Source of the DNA: Lama glama
Lineage: Eukaryota
Assembly: GCA_028534125.1 (NCBI GenBank)
Contig: CM052817.1
Span: 88,414,001-88,478,000, forward strand
Reading direction: 5' to 3'
DNA length: 64,000 nucleotides
Positions within the stretch are counted from its first letter, which is position 1, and each line of letters begins with the position of its first letter. This document shows, one piece after another, positions 49,737 to 63,700 of the stretch. The translations under genes and the position numbers were made by a program. Under the pieces are notes generated by a model. The model was not told the DNA's origin. It saw nothing but the letters and a program-made list of their open reading frames with translations, and did not search any database.

Positions 49737-52449
49737 AAAGTGAGATGAGAAAGTCTGTGGTCACTATCATTAGCCATGTAAATGAATACCTGAAGATTTT
49801 TATATATCATTATCTTAGCAGAAACATGGTTGAATATGTAATATGTAAACTGTTAGTAAGTTAGTAATTTTTTGTCATCTATTTTATTTTCTTAATTTTC
49901 TTCTTGTTCCAATGACTTTGAGGTTTATTAAAATAGAGCTGAGCTAGACACACTGGAAAACTTAAATTGAATAAAAATGAACTGCTAAATTTATACCACC
50001 AAAATGATGGTTATTATATAACTCCATGGATTTTTCTTTGAAAAATATTGGCAGACTTGAAAGTAAATATTAGCTATACAGAGAAATGCCTTTATAATTC
50101 CACAAATAATTATAATCATCTGTAAAGTAATCCTAGAATTGGTGATTTTATGAGACTGTCTCTCTCTACTTCAAAGATCTCATGTCTAACTTACTCCCTC
50201 TTTCTTCAGTAATTAGATAACCTGAGAGTTTGTCATTCTCTCTGTAAGCTAACAGAGTTAAATGTTAACTTCAGTAAAGAAGTCATTGTTTTTTATGAGG
50301 AAACAAAATAATCTAACGTGCAAAATCCTAAGAAACCATGTCACTAATAGCATTTTAAAATTTACCTAATTTGTTGAGAAACAAACATTTCGATAATTGC
50401 AAAACACTATGCAAAGGTGTCTTCACTCACTATAGAGATCCTATATAATACTTCCGGGTAGAGGTCTTTTATAAAAGTCTGATATACATTTGCTCTTTGA
50501 AATAGAGACATAAGTATTTGAATCAGGTTCACTTAGTTTCCCAGTGTGGATGATCAATATTCAAATATAAATATTAAATGTCATGACCCCAATTCTTTAC
50601 TTTATAAAGTTGTTGTACAATGAACTGAGAAAGTGCTTTATAGACTTCAAAATATTCCATAACATGTATATTTTGCTTATTTTAAAAAGTTATGTCTATC
50701 TGAAATTTGCACATTTCTCTTTTGCCTTTCTTCTCTAGACTCCCTGCAGTGTTTCAGAGTGGCTGAACTTAAAATTCTGTGCTCAAAGAGATCTTTAAAT
50801 TGTCTTCTGTTGCACAAGTACTAATGTATAATGCAGAAGGCTTACAAAACCTCTAAGAATTTCAAAATCACTGCACTGACAGTGGAGTGGGTTATAAAGT
50901 ATACCTGTTGCCTTTAGCTACTAATAAGAAAATCATTTTTACTTGGTTTAAATAGGTGCCTCATTTGAGGGCAATTCATCAGACTTAAGGATCAGGACAG
51001 ACAAAGGTGCTATGGCAGCTTGATGACCTGGAGCAGTGCTCGCAGGATGGATGGGCTCCCCTTCTTCAGCTCCCCACTCTTTCTTCCCTAGAGTTGCTTC
51101 TGCTTGTTCCATTTGAGTTCACTACCTACCCATTTCTGAAAAAGGAACGTAAAACAATATAAAGATGGAGAAGAATGTGAAAGATCAACTGGCAGGCTCC
51201 TTTTTATTTGACCCTGTACTTTTAACCTATAACCCAATTTATGATGATTACTAAAGAAAATAAAGATGTCCAGGACTTGAAGTTACATTTTTCTTTGTAT
51301 GTAATGATTGATAAGCAAATTAAATTAAATCTACCATAGAAAGAGTATATTAGCATAATTCTAACAGCTTAACAGAAACTTTTTTAAAAAAAATTTGTTC
51401 CAACAGTAGTTGAAACTTCTCTTAACACAATTACATGTTTGAATATGTGAAATGTTTTATCATGAAGACCTCCTTTAAAGGGGATGAATTTAAATGACTA
51501 CAGCTTTAGGAGAAAGGCCTAAAATTAAAGATAATAATTTTTACTTCATTAAAGGAAGATGTCTAGAGGATCCTCCTTTGGTAATATAAAGAAAAGGATA
51601 AATAAGAAGATAGGTTTAGGATTCAGGTATAAAATATAAAATTTCTGATAACAATTTAATATGTGTAATCTTCTTCCATAGGATCTTTTTTTCTTTTGGA
51701 AGAACAAAACTTACTTACTCTAGATAAGTCGCATGTTATAATAATTTCCTCCTGCTCTCTAAACAACTTTGACTTCAGTTCTGTGCTCAATAAATGCTAT
51801 TAGTGTTTTAATACTACTCATCCTTCAATGATTCATAAAGATATATAAAAATACTATCAAAAATTCAATTATGAAATCTAATATTGTATTTTAAGCAAAT
51901 TACAGATAATAGATGTGCATCTACTTGTAGGTATAGCTATATAGATGATAATTATAATTAATTATATTAATTGATTACCTAATACATTCCAGGCATTGTT
52001 CCAGCTACTGGGAATAATGACGATGAACTACTCGCCTTCTTGAAGTACATTCATAACACTGTATCAGTAAACACAAACTGCTTAAAAGTTGAATTTCCTG
52101 CTTCCAGTATACAACAACCTGGCAAAAAGGTACTATTAATTTTGTACATAAATAAGAACACACAAGCTATGTCTTGTTTTCAGGATTATTTATGTTGTTA
52201 TAAAAGAGGCCAAGATTCAAAACTGTTCATACAGAAATTTATCTTTACACACTTGAAAATATTAACTTTGCTTTTAAAGGAGTTAATATTCTTTGAGGCA
52301 CATTTTATTTACATATATATTAGTGGAATTGTGGAATTTATTATCACAAAAGAAAAATCTACATGTTATCTCATAAAAGGTAACTGTAAAGAAGTAGAAA
52401 GGAGACAGAAAAGACAAATTTAAGCTAGAAAAAGGAAAGGATTTTAAGA

Positions 52450-52950
52450 AATCTTTCTATAGCAGGCAAAACAAATTGTCATAAATTGAGTGGTTTAAAG
52501 CAGCACAAATTTACTATTTTGGCGTTTTGTATGTAGGAAGTCTGGCACAGGTCTCCTTAGGCTAAAATCAAAATTTTGGCAGGTCATTTCTTTCTGGAAG
52601 GAGTGGGAGAGAACTCATTTCCCTGCCTTTCCCAGCTTCCGTAGGTTTTCTGCATTCTTGGCCCTTATCCCCCTTCCTCCATCTTCAAAGCCGGCAGCAT
52701 CTAATCTCTCTTGGATTTGCCTTGGGTAGTTACCTCTCCCTCTGACCACAGCAGGATAGGTTCTCCAGTTTTCATCACTCATGTGATCATATTGGGCCTA
52801 TTTTGGTAATACAAAATACTCTCTCATCTTGAGATCCTTAGCTTAATCATGTTTTTAAAGTCCATTTTGCCTTATAGGGACAACCACATCCATAGCTTCT
52901 AAAGACTGGGACTCAGACATCTTTGGAAGGCTGTTATTCTGCCTACCACA
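52450..52950 (-). mobile_element. MLT1D-like MaLR LTR
   Basis: 'gtggtttaaagcagcacaaatttacta...gctaaaatcaa...cctcc atcttcaaagcc...gacatctttgg...ttattctgcctaccaca'. Confidence 0.85.
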
Positions 52951-54413
52951 GAATTATGTAGCCTCCTCCTCTCTGTATTGACAAATAAGAAAAGTATATT
53001 ACCAATTCATAAAATTATTTCTTCTAAGTAATTTGATAAATGAATGACAAAGAGAATCAGGATTTAAGTTATTAATTGAATGCATTTTAGTGTTTTCAAT
53101 AAATTTCTAATCTGGAAGGCATTCACATGAAACAGATCTACTTCAAATATTTGCCTTTTTTATATCTTCTTAATGAATAGTTAATTTTATTGAAAGGCAT
53201 TCTTATTGTAACCACTTAAAAATGTACACTACATCTGGTAATGGTTTTTAATTTTCTCTTAAACCTACATTTTATCACTGCACTTCAAAGCTAAACACTA
53301 TTAACAGCCTGATATGTATCTTTCAACATTCTTTCTCCATGCTTATGCAAAATATTCAGTTCATAAACTATTCATTCTTTTTATACCTGCTCAACACTCC
53401 ATAGTTTATACAGTAAAATTCTTTAAATATTCCCCTATTAATGAACATTCATATTGTTTAGTGGTTATATTCTATAAAAGAGAATTGTTAATTAAAATTA
53501 TATGTACTTAATTTTAAATTTTTCATAGATACGAATTAATGGTAATGGTAATTATAATTAATAAATAATAAATATTTTTGGAAAAACAAAATAATAGTTA
53601 TTACTCTTTTAAACAACTAAACAAATTAATAGAGGACATTTTGGTGCAAATCTGTTGGAGCACTGAGAACAATCCTTTCTCCATCCTTTCATTCTCTCTA
53701 TACATACCTATTTTTAGTATAAGCTAGTGGGTTTTGGTTTCAAGAAATACAATCAAATTTTTTTTAAAGATGAGGAATATATGAAGTATCTGTACTAAAA
53801 TGAAAAGCTGAACAACTCAGCATGGGGAAGGAACAAAATGAATCTTTTCTAGAGGTTTTTATACAGCTGACTACAATACTTGTGTCTGTAATTAGCACAC
53901 AGACAGCTGATAAAAGGTAAATGACGACAGTGTAATGCCTAAGTGACAGTTGTGCCTAGGTAGTGTTTCTATGCAGTGGGAGTAGGAATGACTGAAATAG
54001 AATACATTGTTGAGCAGGGAAGACTGTATTAGCAGCAGGAATACCTTTGCCAGTATCAAAAAATGAGCACCTGCACTCTGGAGACACTGAGATTGAAGTT
54101 TAAGATCTCAGTTCATTTCACCACCTCCCATGCACACCTGAAGAATAGAACCACTGGTGCGTAACTCCACTGCCTTCTACACTGTCAGTGCCCGCCAGCT
54201 ACTCTGGTAAAAACGGTGCCTTTATTTTCATTTTGCTTTTTTTTGTGCATTTGAGATACTTGCCTGATCAGAGTTAATCTCAAAGTGTTGATGACTTTTT
54301 GTCAGTGCTGGGCTTAGGAAGTTGTATGGGCTTTAATTCATCTGCTCCAACTCTATTGTTCCATGTACTCTGTTACTTTTAGCACATAGATTTAGTAGAA
54401 CTTAATTTTTTAA

Positions 54414-54555
54414 GAGCCTCTGGAGGGATTACAGCCCTGCTGCCATCTTGATTTCAGATTGATGACCTCCAGAACTTTGAGAGACTAAGTTGCTGTTGTT
54501 TTAAGCCACTAAGTTTGTGATAATTTGGTACCACAGCCACAGGAAACTAACAGAA
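54414..54555 (+). mobile_element. MLT1 LTR 3' fragment
   Basis: 'cagccctgctgccatcttgatttcaga...cctccagaact...ttgttttaagccactaagtttgtgataatttg...aggaaactaaca'. Confidence 0.85.
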
Positions 54556-57500
54556 TTTTCCTTAAAATTACAGAAGATACCTGACTAGCTTATTTAAGCC
54601 AGAAGCTGGTAGGATAGCCTGCTTGAAAGACTTTTCACATATCCTGGAATAGAAGAAGGGTATTTCCCAGAAAGAATTCAGGGAGTACAAAAACAGGTGA
54701 TAAACAAGACTCTGGGAAGATGAAATAAATAAGCAAATAGATGAAAGAGTTCTGCTGGTTTCCTTGAAGAATTTCTAAGTTTTGATTATTAGCACTTGCA
54801 AAATTAACATGGTTTTAGATGTGTCCTTCAGGAATACCTTATGCAAAGTGTGTAACAAAAACTTGTAGTATGGCCAAATCCTTAATATCTGAGCCATCTA
54901 TTTAAAAAGTACTTTATCACTTTACCCAAGAATTACTATAAAATATATGTTTTATTACTTAGTTACATATTTAAATGGTATGTCTTTATCATCTTGGTTA
55001 CTTTACTAACCCAAAGTTTTGACATCTCTACAGTAGAGGATTTCATCACAAGTGTCATGATCTTAGACTCACTATTCAAGGCAGTTATATTAGGTTAATC
55101 TCCAAGGAAGCTTTAAACAATTTTTTTATAGGTTTTGTTGCTTTTAATGATCCTGTGTTGCTTAAAACTCACAAGTCTCTCTTTAGTTGAAAAAAATGCT
55201 AGAAATTGGTGTTAAATATTACTATAAGAATAATAGTTTCACACCTATCTTTTTCAAAGCTGTCTCTCACTCAACACTTACCAGGGTTAGGATCATTTGA
55301 ATCTCCCATTTAAAACAAAAAATCATCCAAAAGAATGTAAGTACCTCCTATACTATTGTACTGATTACTACTCATTTAATAAATGTAGCTGAGGTCATGC
55401 AATAATATTTATTGTCAAGGGTGGTATGAAAAACTTAAGAGTACACATATCTGTTCACCCTCACAAATATTTCAGAATATTCTTAATTGTATTACTTTAA
55501 AGCTTCCTCTTTTAAGTATAAAAGTATTTTGCCTTAAAAAAATAATTTATATTTTGATGTCTATTTAAATGTAAACAAAAAATAATTCCAAAGCCAATTT
55601 TCTCCAAAACTCATGTTAACAAAAAATATACTGGAGGGGAAAGGCACTGAAGCATAACCACAGGTATATAAACAAAATAATAAAATAGATATTTGCAATA
55701 TCAAAAGTTCTACAGACTAAAGCTATTCCATAGAGACCTAGTTAATTATCAAAACACTTGTATCATTTCAGCCAGACCGCCAAGATTCATACATCTGAAC
55801 CCAAAATAGAATCATTTAAGTTCACATAAATTCACAGTAATTCCTACACTTAAAAAAAAAATTGATGTTTCAAGGGAAATACATTGTTTGCACTGCCTTA
55901 TAACACCAGTTAAGGTTTGTATATCTAAATTTATCATGGAGAATTTAGAAGCCAAGACCTACTCTTCTAGCGAGCTCTGGTACAATTCTATAATGAATTT
56001 CTGAAGATCAAGTATATCTGGTCAACAATATGGTAGAGAGTCTTTGTGTTCCAACAGTCTCATGGATCTCCAAATTTTACTGAGATGATGTTGAGGTAAC
56101 TACATGTATTCTAGGTGAAACTCAGTGGTTGGGACTCCAACCTACTTCAAACTGAAAACACAACATAACAAAAACACTTCTCATAGTCTTTTTGTATTTT
56201 TGGCATGACATTCCTACTTTCTTCATAATGTTTCTAAATGTTTTATTAACATTTATTTTGATTTAAAATATTTAGGAAAATGTAAATTAATCTAGAATTT
56301 GGTTTATGCTAAAAAATAAAACTTGAAAATAGAATTTCTATCCTTTCAGTAAGAAAGGGGAAGACCTGTGTTAAAATATAAAAGAGGGGTTACAAACCTA
56401 AGCCCCTAAAATACATAATTTTCCAAACCTAAAAATTAGGTAGCAATTGTATGTTGTTTTAAAAAGACTAAGAAACCAAACCATCTTTGAAGCTAACCAT
56501 ACTCCTTAAAAGTATATTTTTTAGAATTATTTTAAGTGGGAAATGATAGAGATACCAACACAGTGAGTTTTAAAAACAAAACAAAAAAAAACCAGGAATA
56601 TGCACTGTTTCGTGCCATCAAACTAGAAAGATCAGGCGACACTCTGGCCTTGAAATGACTGCATTCATAACTCAAACCATGTTTCTCTCTCCTTCCCTCT
56701 TGTTCTCACTTTCCATCTCTGTATTTCATGTTGGCATATGTCTAATTCATAGCTTCCATCTGTTCTATTGAAATTGAGATTTCTACATTTTACAGAAAAA
56801 TAGGACCACAAGCAGTGCTGTGGTTAAATCCTTGATCTTTCACTCTTTTGTAACCAGAGATTTTATTTCTGCTAGCCTTGGTGAATGGGTGAAGGAACCT
56901 GATTGGACTGGCTTGTTTATCCCTTGCTCATCAGTTTTGAAGGGTCGGACAGTGTGACAGGTCCGGCTTGTGTCAGTCACATATCTTTGTGACTGGAGGG
57001 GAGAAGTGGTGTCTGTCCCCCTCAAAAAGGGGGGAGTGGCAGAGACAGGCATTTGGCAATAGTTGTATCCTGGAGCAACTAATCAGAAATTACCTAATTT
57101 CTGATAAGCAAATCAAAACTATATTGTGCTTTGGTAACCAACTGCCTCAGAATTTAACTTACTCAAAGGAGCAAAAAACTTTCCATTTAATGTTTCTATA
57201 TGGACAAGATTATTGCAAATTGGGACTTTTTTTTTTTTTGAGGATACTGATAGCAAAAGCCTTAGAGATGTTAATTCCCTTTGGCACATCTTTTAGAAAT
57301 TTATCCTAATTTAATAATGTTAGCTACATATAGGCTTACTACCCCCCCCCTTTTTTTTAACAAGAGGTCTTGTCAATATAGACTGGACTCATTTAAAAAC
57401 TGTTATAGGTTTGGGTCAGTTTAAATGGCCGATACACATTTTCTTCCCTGATTGGATATTTTAATGCTAGATAACATGAGTTTCCTCTAAGGCCCTCATC

Positions 57501-57879
57501 CCAATACTTAGGAATTCATTCATTCTCTGCCTTCTAAACTCTATATAACATTTAGCTAACATTATTTGCTACTTTTTTTTTCAAATGGTGGAAGAAATCT
57601 TTCACAGTAAAAAATCTATCACCTTCTTACAGATTGAGGTCACTATGAGAATGTTTCTCCAATTACTCTGCTAAAAACATCACTCTAAAAATCATGTTTT
57701 TTAAAAAGTTATTTTTACAAAGTATAAAAGTAGGAAGAGTACCTTCTGATTGGTAGGTTAACAGTTCTACTCACCTTATCTCCATTATCCTCTTAAGCAC
57801 TACATTTTTAAACAACTTTACTAGAATATCTGCTGTCTAAAGCCTTGTTCTTCTTTTGAATTTGACTCTGAAGGCATAC

Positions 57880-57932
57880 CTTGAATTTCAACAAACAATG
57901 GATACTTGATGGTGGGAGCAGATAATGGGGTC
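57880..57932 (-). other. Candidate 53-nt exon
   Basis: On -: aaatctttccag|GACCCC...TTCAAG|gtatgc; two open frames (TPLSAPTIKYPLFVEIQ or PHYLLPPSSIHCLLKFK). Confidence 0.4.
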
Positions 57933-58934
57933 CTGGAAAGATTTTAAGGACTTGACCGTGTCTCTCAGAATAGCCTTTAACCCAGCCCTGGACAAGGTAA
58001 GATTTAGAAACCAGAACAGATAGAGTAAAAGAGGGAAGGGGAACTAATGAGTCACACATACATACAGAAAATTATTAAAATAAGAGAATAAATCCACCTC
58101 TTCCATTGTTTGCCAAATTTGTAATTTGTTCAAGCACTTATAAGGAGATTTTATTTTTCTTGGCATATATGTATGCTGTTCAGATAAACATGATTGGCAC
58201 GTACTAGAATTACTGTCAACTTCTGTATAATCATGGTCTGATGTAACAGTCTGTTACCTCTAATTAGGTTATGTTCAGATTTTACAAATTTGGGACATTA
58301 TTCTTTTATCTATATTGAAGCTATTAAAGGCATACCCAAAATTTCATTACAGGAGTTTGGGTAACAAAGGAGTTTTCCTATAACTAACTTGGATGCTTGT
58401 TTTTCTACGCTATACATTTTACAGTCACATTTAATTTTATTGTGAGCTCATTTTTGCTAAGCTAAAATGATCCTTATTTGTTTGCTTGGTTTTAAGGCAA
58501 TGTAAAGTGTGCCACTGTCCAAGGGTCAGGGCCAGAGGAAGAGGAACACACATTTTGAAAAAAGCCTTTTTTGGAAAAAGTGAGGGTGATAATTGGTTGA
58601 TTAAGGCAGCAAGTTTTCCTCCAGAGAACTGTGCAAAATTAAAGGCCAAGTTTACTATTCCTTGGAATTTTTCACTTCCTTTTACAAAGCCAAGGATACA
58701 CACCTAAAAGTAGATCTGAAAGTAAGCATTCTAATGCAACTGCTGACAAGTGACTGCAGAAAGGCTGTGATTAATGGCTACTAAAAGTCGTATCTTTCTA
58801 ATCTCATTTATGAATAACCTGGGAGACTGTAGCCCAGAACCATCGATTCAGAATAGGAAAATATCCAAAAGGCTTCTGATCTGCCCCTCTGCTCTTCTTA
58901 CCTGAAGGTGCTAAATCAGTCAATAAAACCTTAC

Positions 58935-58966
58935 ACTGATAATATAGTGAACTGACATTGATTCAA
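58935..58966 (-). other. Candidate 32-nt exon (65 nt if the alternative donor at 58902/58901 is used)
   Basis: Acceptor gttttgttgttgtttttaatttag|. Donor AGT|GTAAGG gives LNQCQFTILS; the stronger CAG|GTAAGA donor gives an exon closed in all three frames. Confidence 0.35.
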
Positions 58967-59919
58967 CTAAATTAAAAACAACAACAAAACACTGCCCCCA
59001 CTTCTGTAAATATACTGTTGCCTTCCCCTCCCCTCCACCATGCTCTATATGGTCACAATCAAATTTAGTGAACTTACTTCTTCACTGTAGAATCTGAAAT
59101 CCCTCATTTAATTAACTGAGGCCTGAGGACTTTGTAAATACACGAAAGGCAAGATGAAAATGTGAGGTGTATTTCCCCTAGCTCTCTTAACACAGAATAA
59201 AAAAAAGTTGAAAACAGAATTGGCTAGAAATTTAGACTGCATTATAAAGACTATCGGTTGCCATCAGGTAAAAACAAAATGAGGTAGACTGGTGAAGAAA
59301 ATAAATCTAGGATTCAAGATTTTAAGTTTGGTGAACAAAATTAAGGGCCCTGAGGACGGTAAATAGATTTTTGCTCAACCTGAGGCAATGGTCTGCTCTA
59401 TGCTTTTTAAAGGCAGGTATTAATTTTAGTATATCAAATCCATGAGCATCATATGAACTTGGTATGTTTTGGTGTATGAGAGAATATTCAACGAATGAAT
59501 CCCTTACTGCCATAATCACTCAACCAAGAGAAACAGATTGACTTAATGGTTATAACATTACAGATATAGCCCTTAGTTTGTGCTTTCTTATGCCAATTAC
59601 AGACCCATTCCTTTGAGATACAACATCCCAAAATACAGAGGGATTAGTGCAACCTATTATATTATCTCAGAGTATTATCATCATCAGGTTGTGGGTTAAA
59701 CCATATGAAACCACTATAACCCCTGATTGTTTTACATATCAAAACATATAATTCCTTCAATTAAAAGGCAAGGCTAGATATTTAAGACGGTAGAATTAAA
59801 GTGAAGTGTTTTTGAGTTTTGTGAGAAATTTCCTATCAAATGAGCGTTAAACTAAAAATCTACTGACATTTTGTGAAATAGAGGCCGCATCATCCCAGCA
59901 CATTTTAAAAAGTAAAGTA

Positions 59920-60690
59920 TGATTGTTAGAGAATGTGGATCACTGACATTCCTGATAATAATATAAAATGGCATAGCTACTCTGGAAAGTAGTATGTTTC
60001 TTACAAAATTAAACATGTGTTTTCCATCTGACCCAGCAATTGTACCATTGGGCATTTATCCCAGAAAAACAAAAACTGTTAACATAAAACCTGTATTATA
60101 GATTAATTACATAATAGCCAGAGCTATAGGTAGGAAATACTGTCCTTCCATACATGAATGGTTACCACCAGACTGTGGCACATCATACCATGAAATACTA
60201 TTCAGCAATAAAAAGGAACAAATTATTGATACATGTAGCAACTTGGATAGATCGCAAGGAAAATATTCTGAGTGAAGAGCCAATCTCAAAGGCTGTATAT
60301 GCTATGGAAGTCCAATTACATAGCATTCTTAAACAGAAAATCATAGAGATGGAGAACCAATGAACAGTTGGTAGGGGACAAGTTGTCTGTGGCTATACAA
60401 GGGTAGCAACAAGGGATCTCTGTAATGGAACTATTCTGTATCTTGTGGTGGTGTTCATACGAACCTACACATAAAACTGCACGTGCATGTGCGCGCACAC
60501 ACATACATGTAATACTGCTGAAATCTGAATAAGGTCGTTGGGTAGTATCAATGTCATTTGACTGTTTTTGATAATAGTTTTTTTGGAAGCTATTACTTAC
60601 CATGGGGAGAAAATGGGTAAAGGTATGTGGAATCTTTCCGTAGTACTTCTTACAACTGCGTGTTGATCTGTACATCTCAAAATAAAATCT
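59920..60690 (+). mobile_element. Old L1 3' end (L1MC-like)
   Basis: 'aaaatggcatagctactctggaaag...tgacccagcaattgtaccattgggcatttatcccag...gaaatactattcagcaataaaaaggaac...tctcaaaataaaa'. Confidence 0.85.
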
Positions 60691-60888
60691 TTCAGTGTCT
60701 TTTAGAAAGCAAAAATGAGTTTGCTGAAGGCTTGTCTATGACTCAAAAAAGTGTTGCACAGTTTTAGGCTGCCCAGATACTCAAACATTTTGGCTTATTG
60801 CAGTAACAGAAACTACAAGAACAGTATAATATAGGTTATAAAATATATGAAATATTTGGACCAGTCCATTAGCCAGGCTATTAGATTC

Positions 60889-61279
60889 TGTGGTAGATTA
60901 GATCATTGTTCCACAAATACTTTTCCCCTTCCTCTTCCCGCTGTGGACTTGGGCCATGTGACTTGCTTTGTGAAAAGGATTGACAGAAGGCATGGAAGGA
61001 GAGGCTTGAAATGTACTTGTGTGTTTGGGCTTGGCCTGTTGTACATCTGTCTTAGCTGTGAGAAGAGCATGCCCCGGGAAACCCACTGGTCCCAGGAGAA
61101 TGAGAAATACAAGAAACAGACCTGAACCAAACCCATGGTCAAGAATTAATCACGGTGTTAGATCAGCTGAACTCTGGCCAAACCACATGCACAAGAGTGA
61201 GAAATCAAAGCTTGATTTGCATGCCACTTTTAGAGTGGTTTGCTAGACAGCTTTATTGTGGCTATGGTTGACTAATACT
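60889..61279 (+). mobile_element. Old MLT1 (H/I-like) LTR
   Basis: 'tgtggtagatt...gacttgggccatgtgacttgctttg...gccacttttagagtggtttgct...ttgtggctatggttgactaatac'. Confidence 0.8.
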
Positions 61280-61964
61280 GAACAAATAATTAATGAGAAT
61301 AGATTTCAAGATACTTTTACTGAGATGATGGCCTAGGCAGAACAATGTGGTGTAGAAGCGTAGGTCACAACTGACAGTTACCAAATATCTGCCTTCTCAG
61401 AGGTGAAACTGACATTTAAGTACAGACCTTGCTATGCTTTGTTTTCCTGTCATATTAGTGCTTTATTTTCTCTCTGCCCCAAACTTTGTAGGGTTAAAAA
61501 AATCTTAATGGAACTGTGACTGCACTTTGATTTTTCACTGAAAGCGGAAAAGGAGTAAGTACGTTAAGAACTTCTGCCCCTCAACTATTTGATCTTGATT
61601 TTTCTGCTGATATATCAACAGAAGAATTACTTGGTCAACTTTTATTTATTGCCATTGTCACCAGTACTTACACATTTAATATATATAAGTATTTATTGAA
61701 TTATTCAACCTCCTTAGTTTCCTGTTCCCCGAGAATGTTTACTAAGTTTGCATATAACAAATTACCAATTTTGACAAATGAATGAATATAGGATTGCTGT
61801 CTTCAACACGATTGTGCCTAACTTGAAGTTCAGTTATTTCTTCAAAGTGTATGTACTTTTAATTTTCAAAGTATATTTGCTATTTGGAAAAATGTATCTT
61901 GTGAGACCTTTGAGTAGATATAGAAAGACTCAAGGTGGCTCTTAATACTAACTAGCAGCATCTT

Positions 61965-62483
61965 TATTTATAGAGAGTTCCTTTCGCTAACTAAAAATTG
62001 GCACTTGCCATCTGCCTCTGCAAGGAGTGGATCACGTTGGTACTTAACATTTACCTCTCCTTGGATTAAATCACGAACTGCTGCAGCCACTGACCTCTAA
62101 CACTCCCCGAAAGGAGTTCAGGATGGAGATCAGGAATGAGGCACTCTGAGAAAACTGGCTGAACAAGCCTTCAGACAGTCAGATATTTTCAGAAGATTTT
62201 ATGAGCCCAGTTCTTGCATCTCCTCATATCTAGAAAAGCACTAAAATCATTAACTGTGACATCTGCTCCCTGTGACTAGCAGCAAGCCTCTGCCCAAATG
62301 TGTGCTTGACCACATGTACCCCCTTCACTGAAATCATATAAATACTGAGCTTTCCCCCTGACTTTTCAGAACAGTTCCTCAGAGCCATCTGAGATGCTGT
62401 CTCCCAAGCTATTGTCATCATTCTGCCTCAAATACAACTTAACCCACAGCTCTGACGTTGTGTGATTTTTATTTCAGTCAACA
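61965..62483 (+). mobile_element. 5' LTR of an ERV1-class provirus
   Basis: About 520 bp ending 'ttttatttcagtcaaCA', followed within a few nt by a PBS-like sequence; the start coordinate is approximate. Confidence 0.8.
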
Positions 62484-63700
62484 GTTTTGGTGACCCCACA
62501 AAGGGACCCAGAGCAGACTCCTCTCCTTCACCTGAACTCTATGAGGGACCAGAGCCTTGGTACCAGCAGAGGCGCTCTGCACCCATCCGCCTCCTCGGGG
62601 AGTCCAGACGGATTTGGGTGAGTCTCCTGGTTCTTGGATCTCCTATATTGGTTGATGATCCTGAGTTTTATTTGGCAGTGTGTCCAGTTACCTGGCCCTC
62701 CAGTTGAGTGATACTGAGGGGAAATAACCACCCTGTGGAGATGTGGGGAGTAGGGCTGGTTGAAAGATAACAGGGTCTGGACTGAGTGGTCAGGTAAGAG
62801 GCTGAGCTGACGCTGTTCCTCAGTTTGGCAACCTCAATAGAATTTGTGTTTGGGCTTTTACTTTTTGAATTTGTGTTTGTGTTTACTTTTATCCGTGACA
62901 AATTCAATTTTAAAAAGAGAAATAGTCTTTCAAATAGAAATTAGGGGCATCAGAAAACCAACCTCCGACTCACGCCCCGGACAGATTCATGTACAGAGCT
63001 CATACTTCCAAGTACCTACTTAATTGGGGAAATTATACTAAAGGCCAAATTTGGTTCTATAGATATTCCAAAATTGATATTTCTGCATTCAGTTAGAAAA
63101 AAGTTGGCCGTAAGATCAAACAGACTGAATGGAATGTTACTTGATTGTTATTTAGAAGCTTCTAAAAGAGAAAACAATAAAGTAACTTCTTTGCAGGAAG
63201 CCAACAAGAAATTGCTTGAAACTATGTCAGAACTTAAAGGCCACTGACACTGTCTCTCCCTCAGATCTCCCCACGTGTCCTCTTCTATCTGAATTGCCTG
63301 GTCCAGACTCTGTCTCTTTTCTCTTCTGTCTCTTTCACCTTCTGCTGTTCCCTCTTCCCTGGTAAACAAGGATAAAAAAAATAAGAGGTGATCATAGCTC
63401 CCTTTAAGGAAAAACCTATTATAGGAAGAGGTGAACCATCCTCAGGGCTTATGTACACACCCTGGACCCGAGCAGAGCTTAAGGCCCTGACTAAGGGATT
63501 TCCCAATCCACGTCAGGATCCATTGGGACTTGCTAAGGAGTTTGAGTTAACCATTCAGACCTATGAGCTCGGGTTTTCAGACCTCTATCAATCAGTTTCT
63601 GAATGGACAGAAAAGGCAGGTTGGAAATGACCTCTAATGGACTTTGAATTACATAGTCCACAGGCTCTCACCGAATGGCCAACTTTTTAAGACCATTAAA
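62484..63700 (+). mobile_element. ERV1-like leader and disrupted gag remnant
   Basis: PBS-like TGGTGACCCCACAAAGGGAC at 62488; donor-like GG|GTGAGT at about 62618; gag-capsid-like peptide YTPWTRAELKALTKGFPNPRQDPLGLAKEFELTIQTYELGFSDLYQ in ORF 63388-63630. Confidence 0.8.

Noticed and set aside
51130..51135. 6-nt - strand micro-exon (AAATGG) behind a strong acceptor
   Set aside because: It would preserve the frame in the - strand model, but it is too short to support without RNA data.
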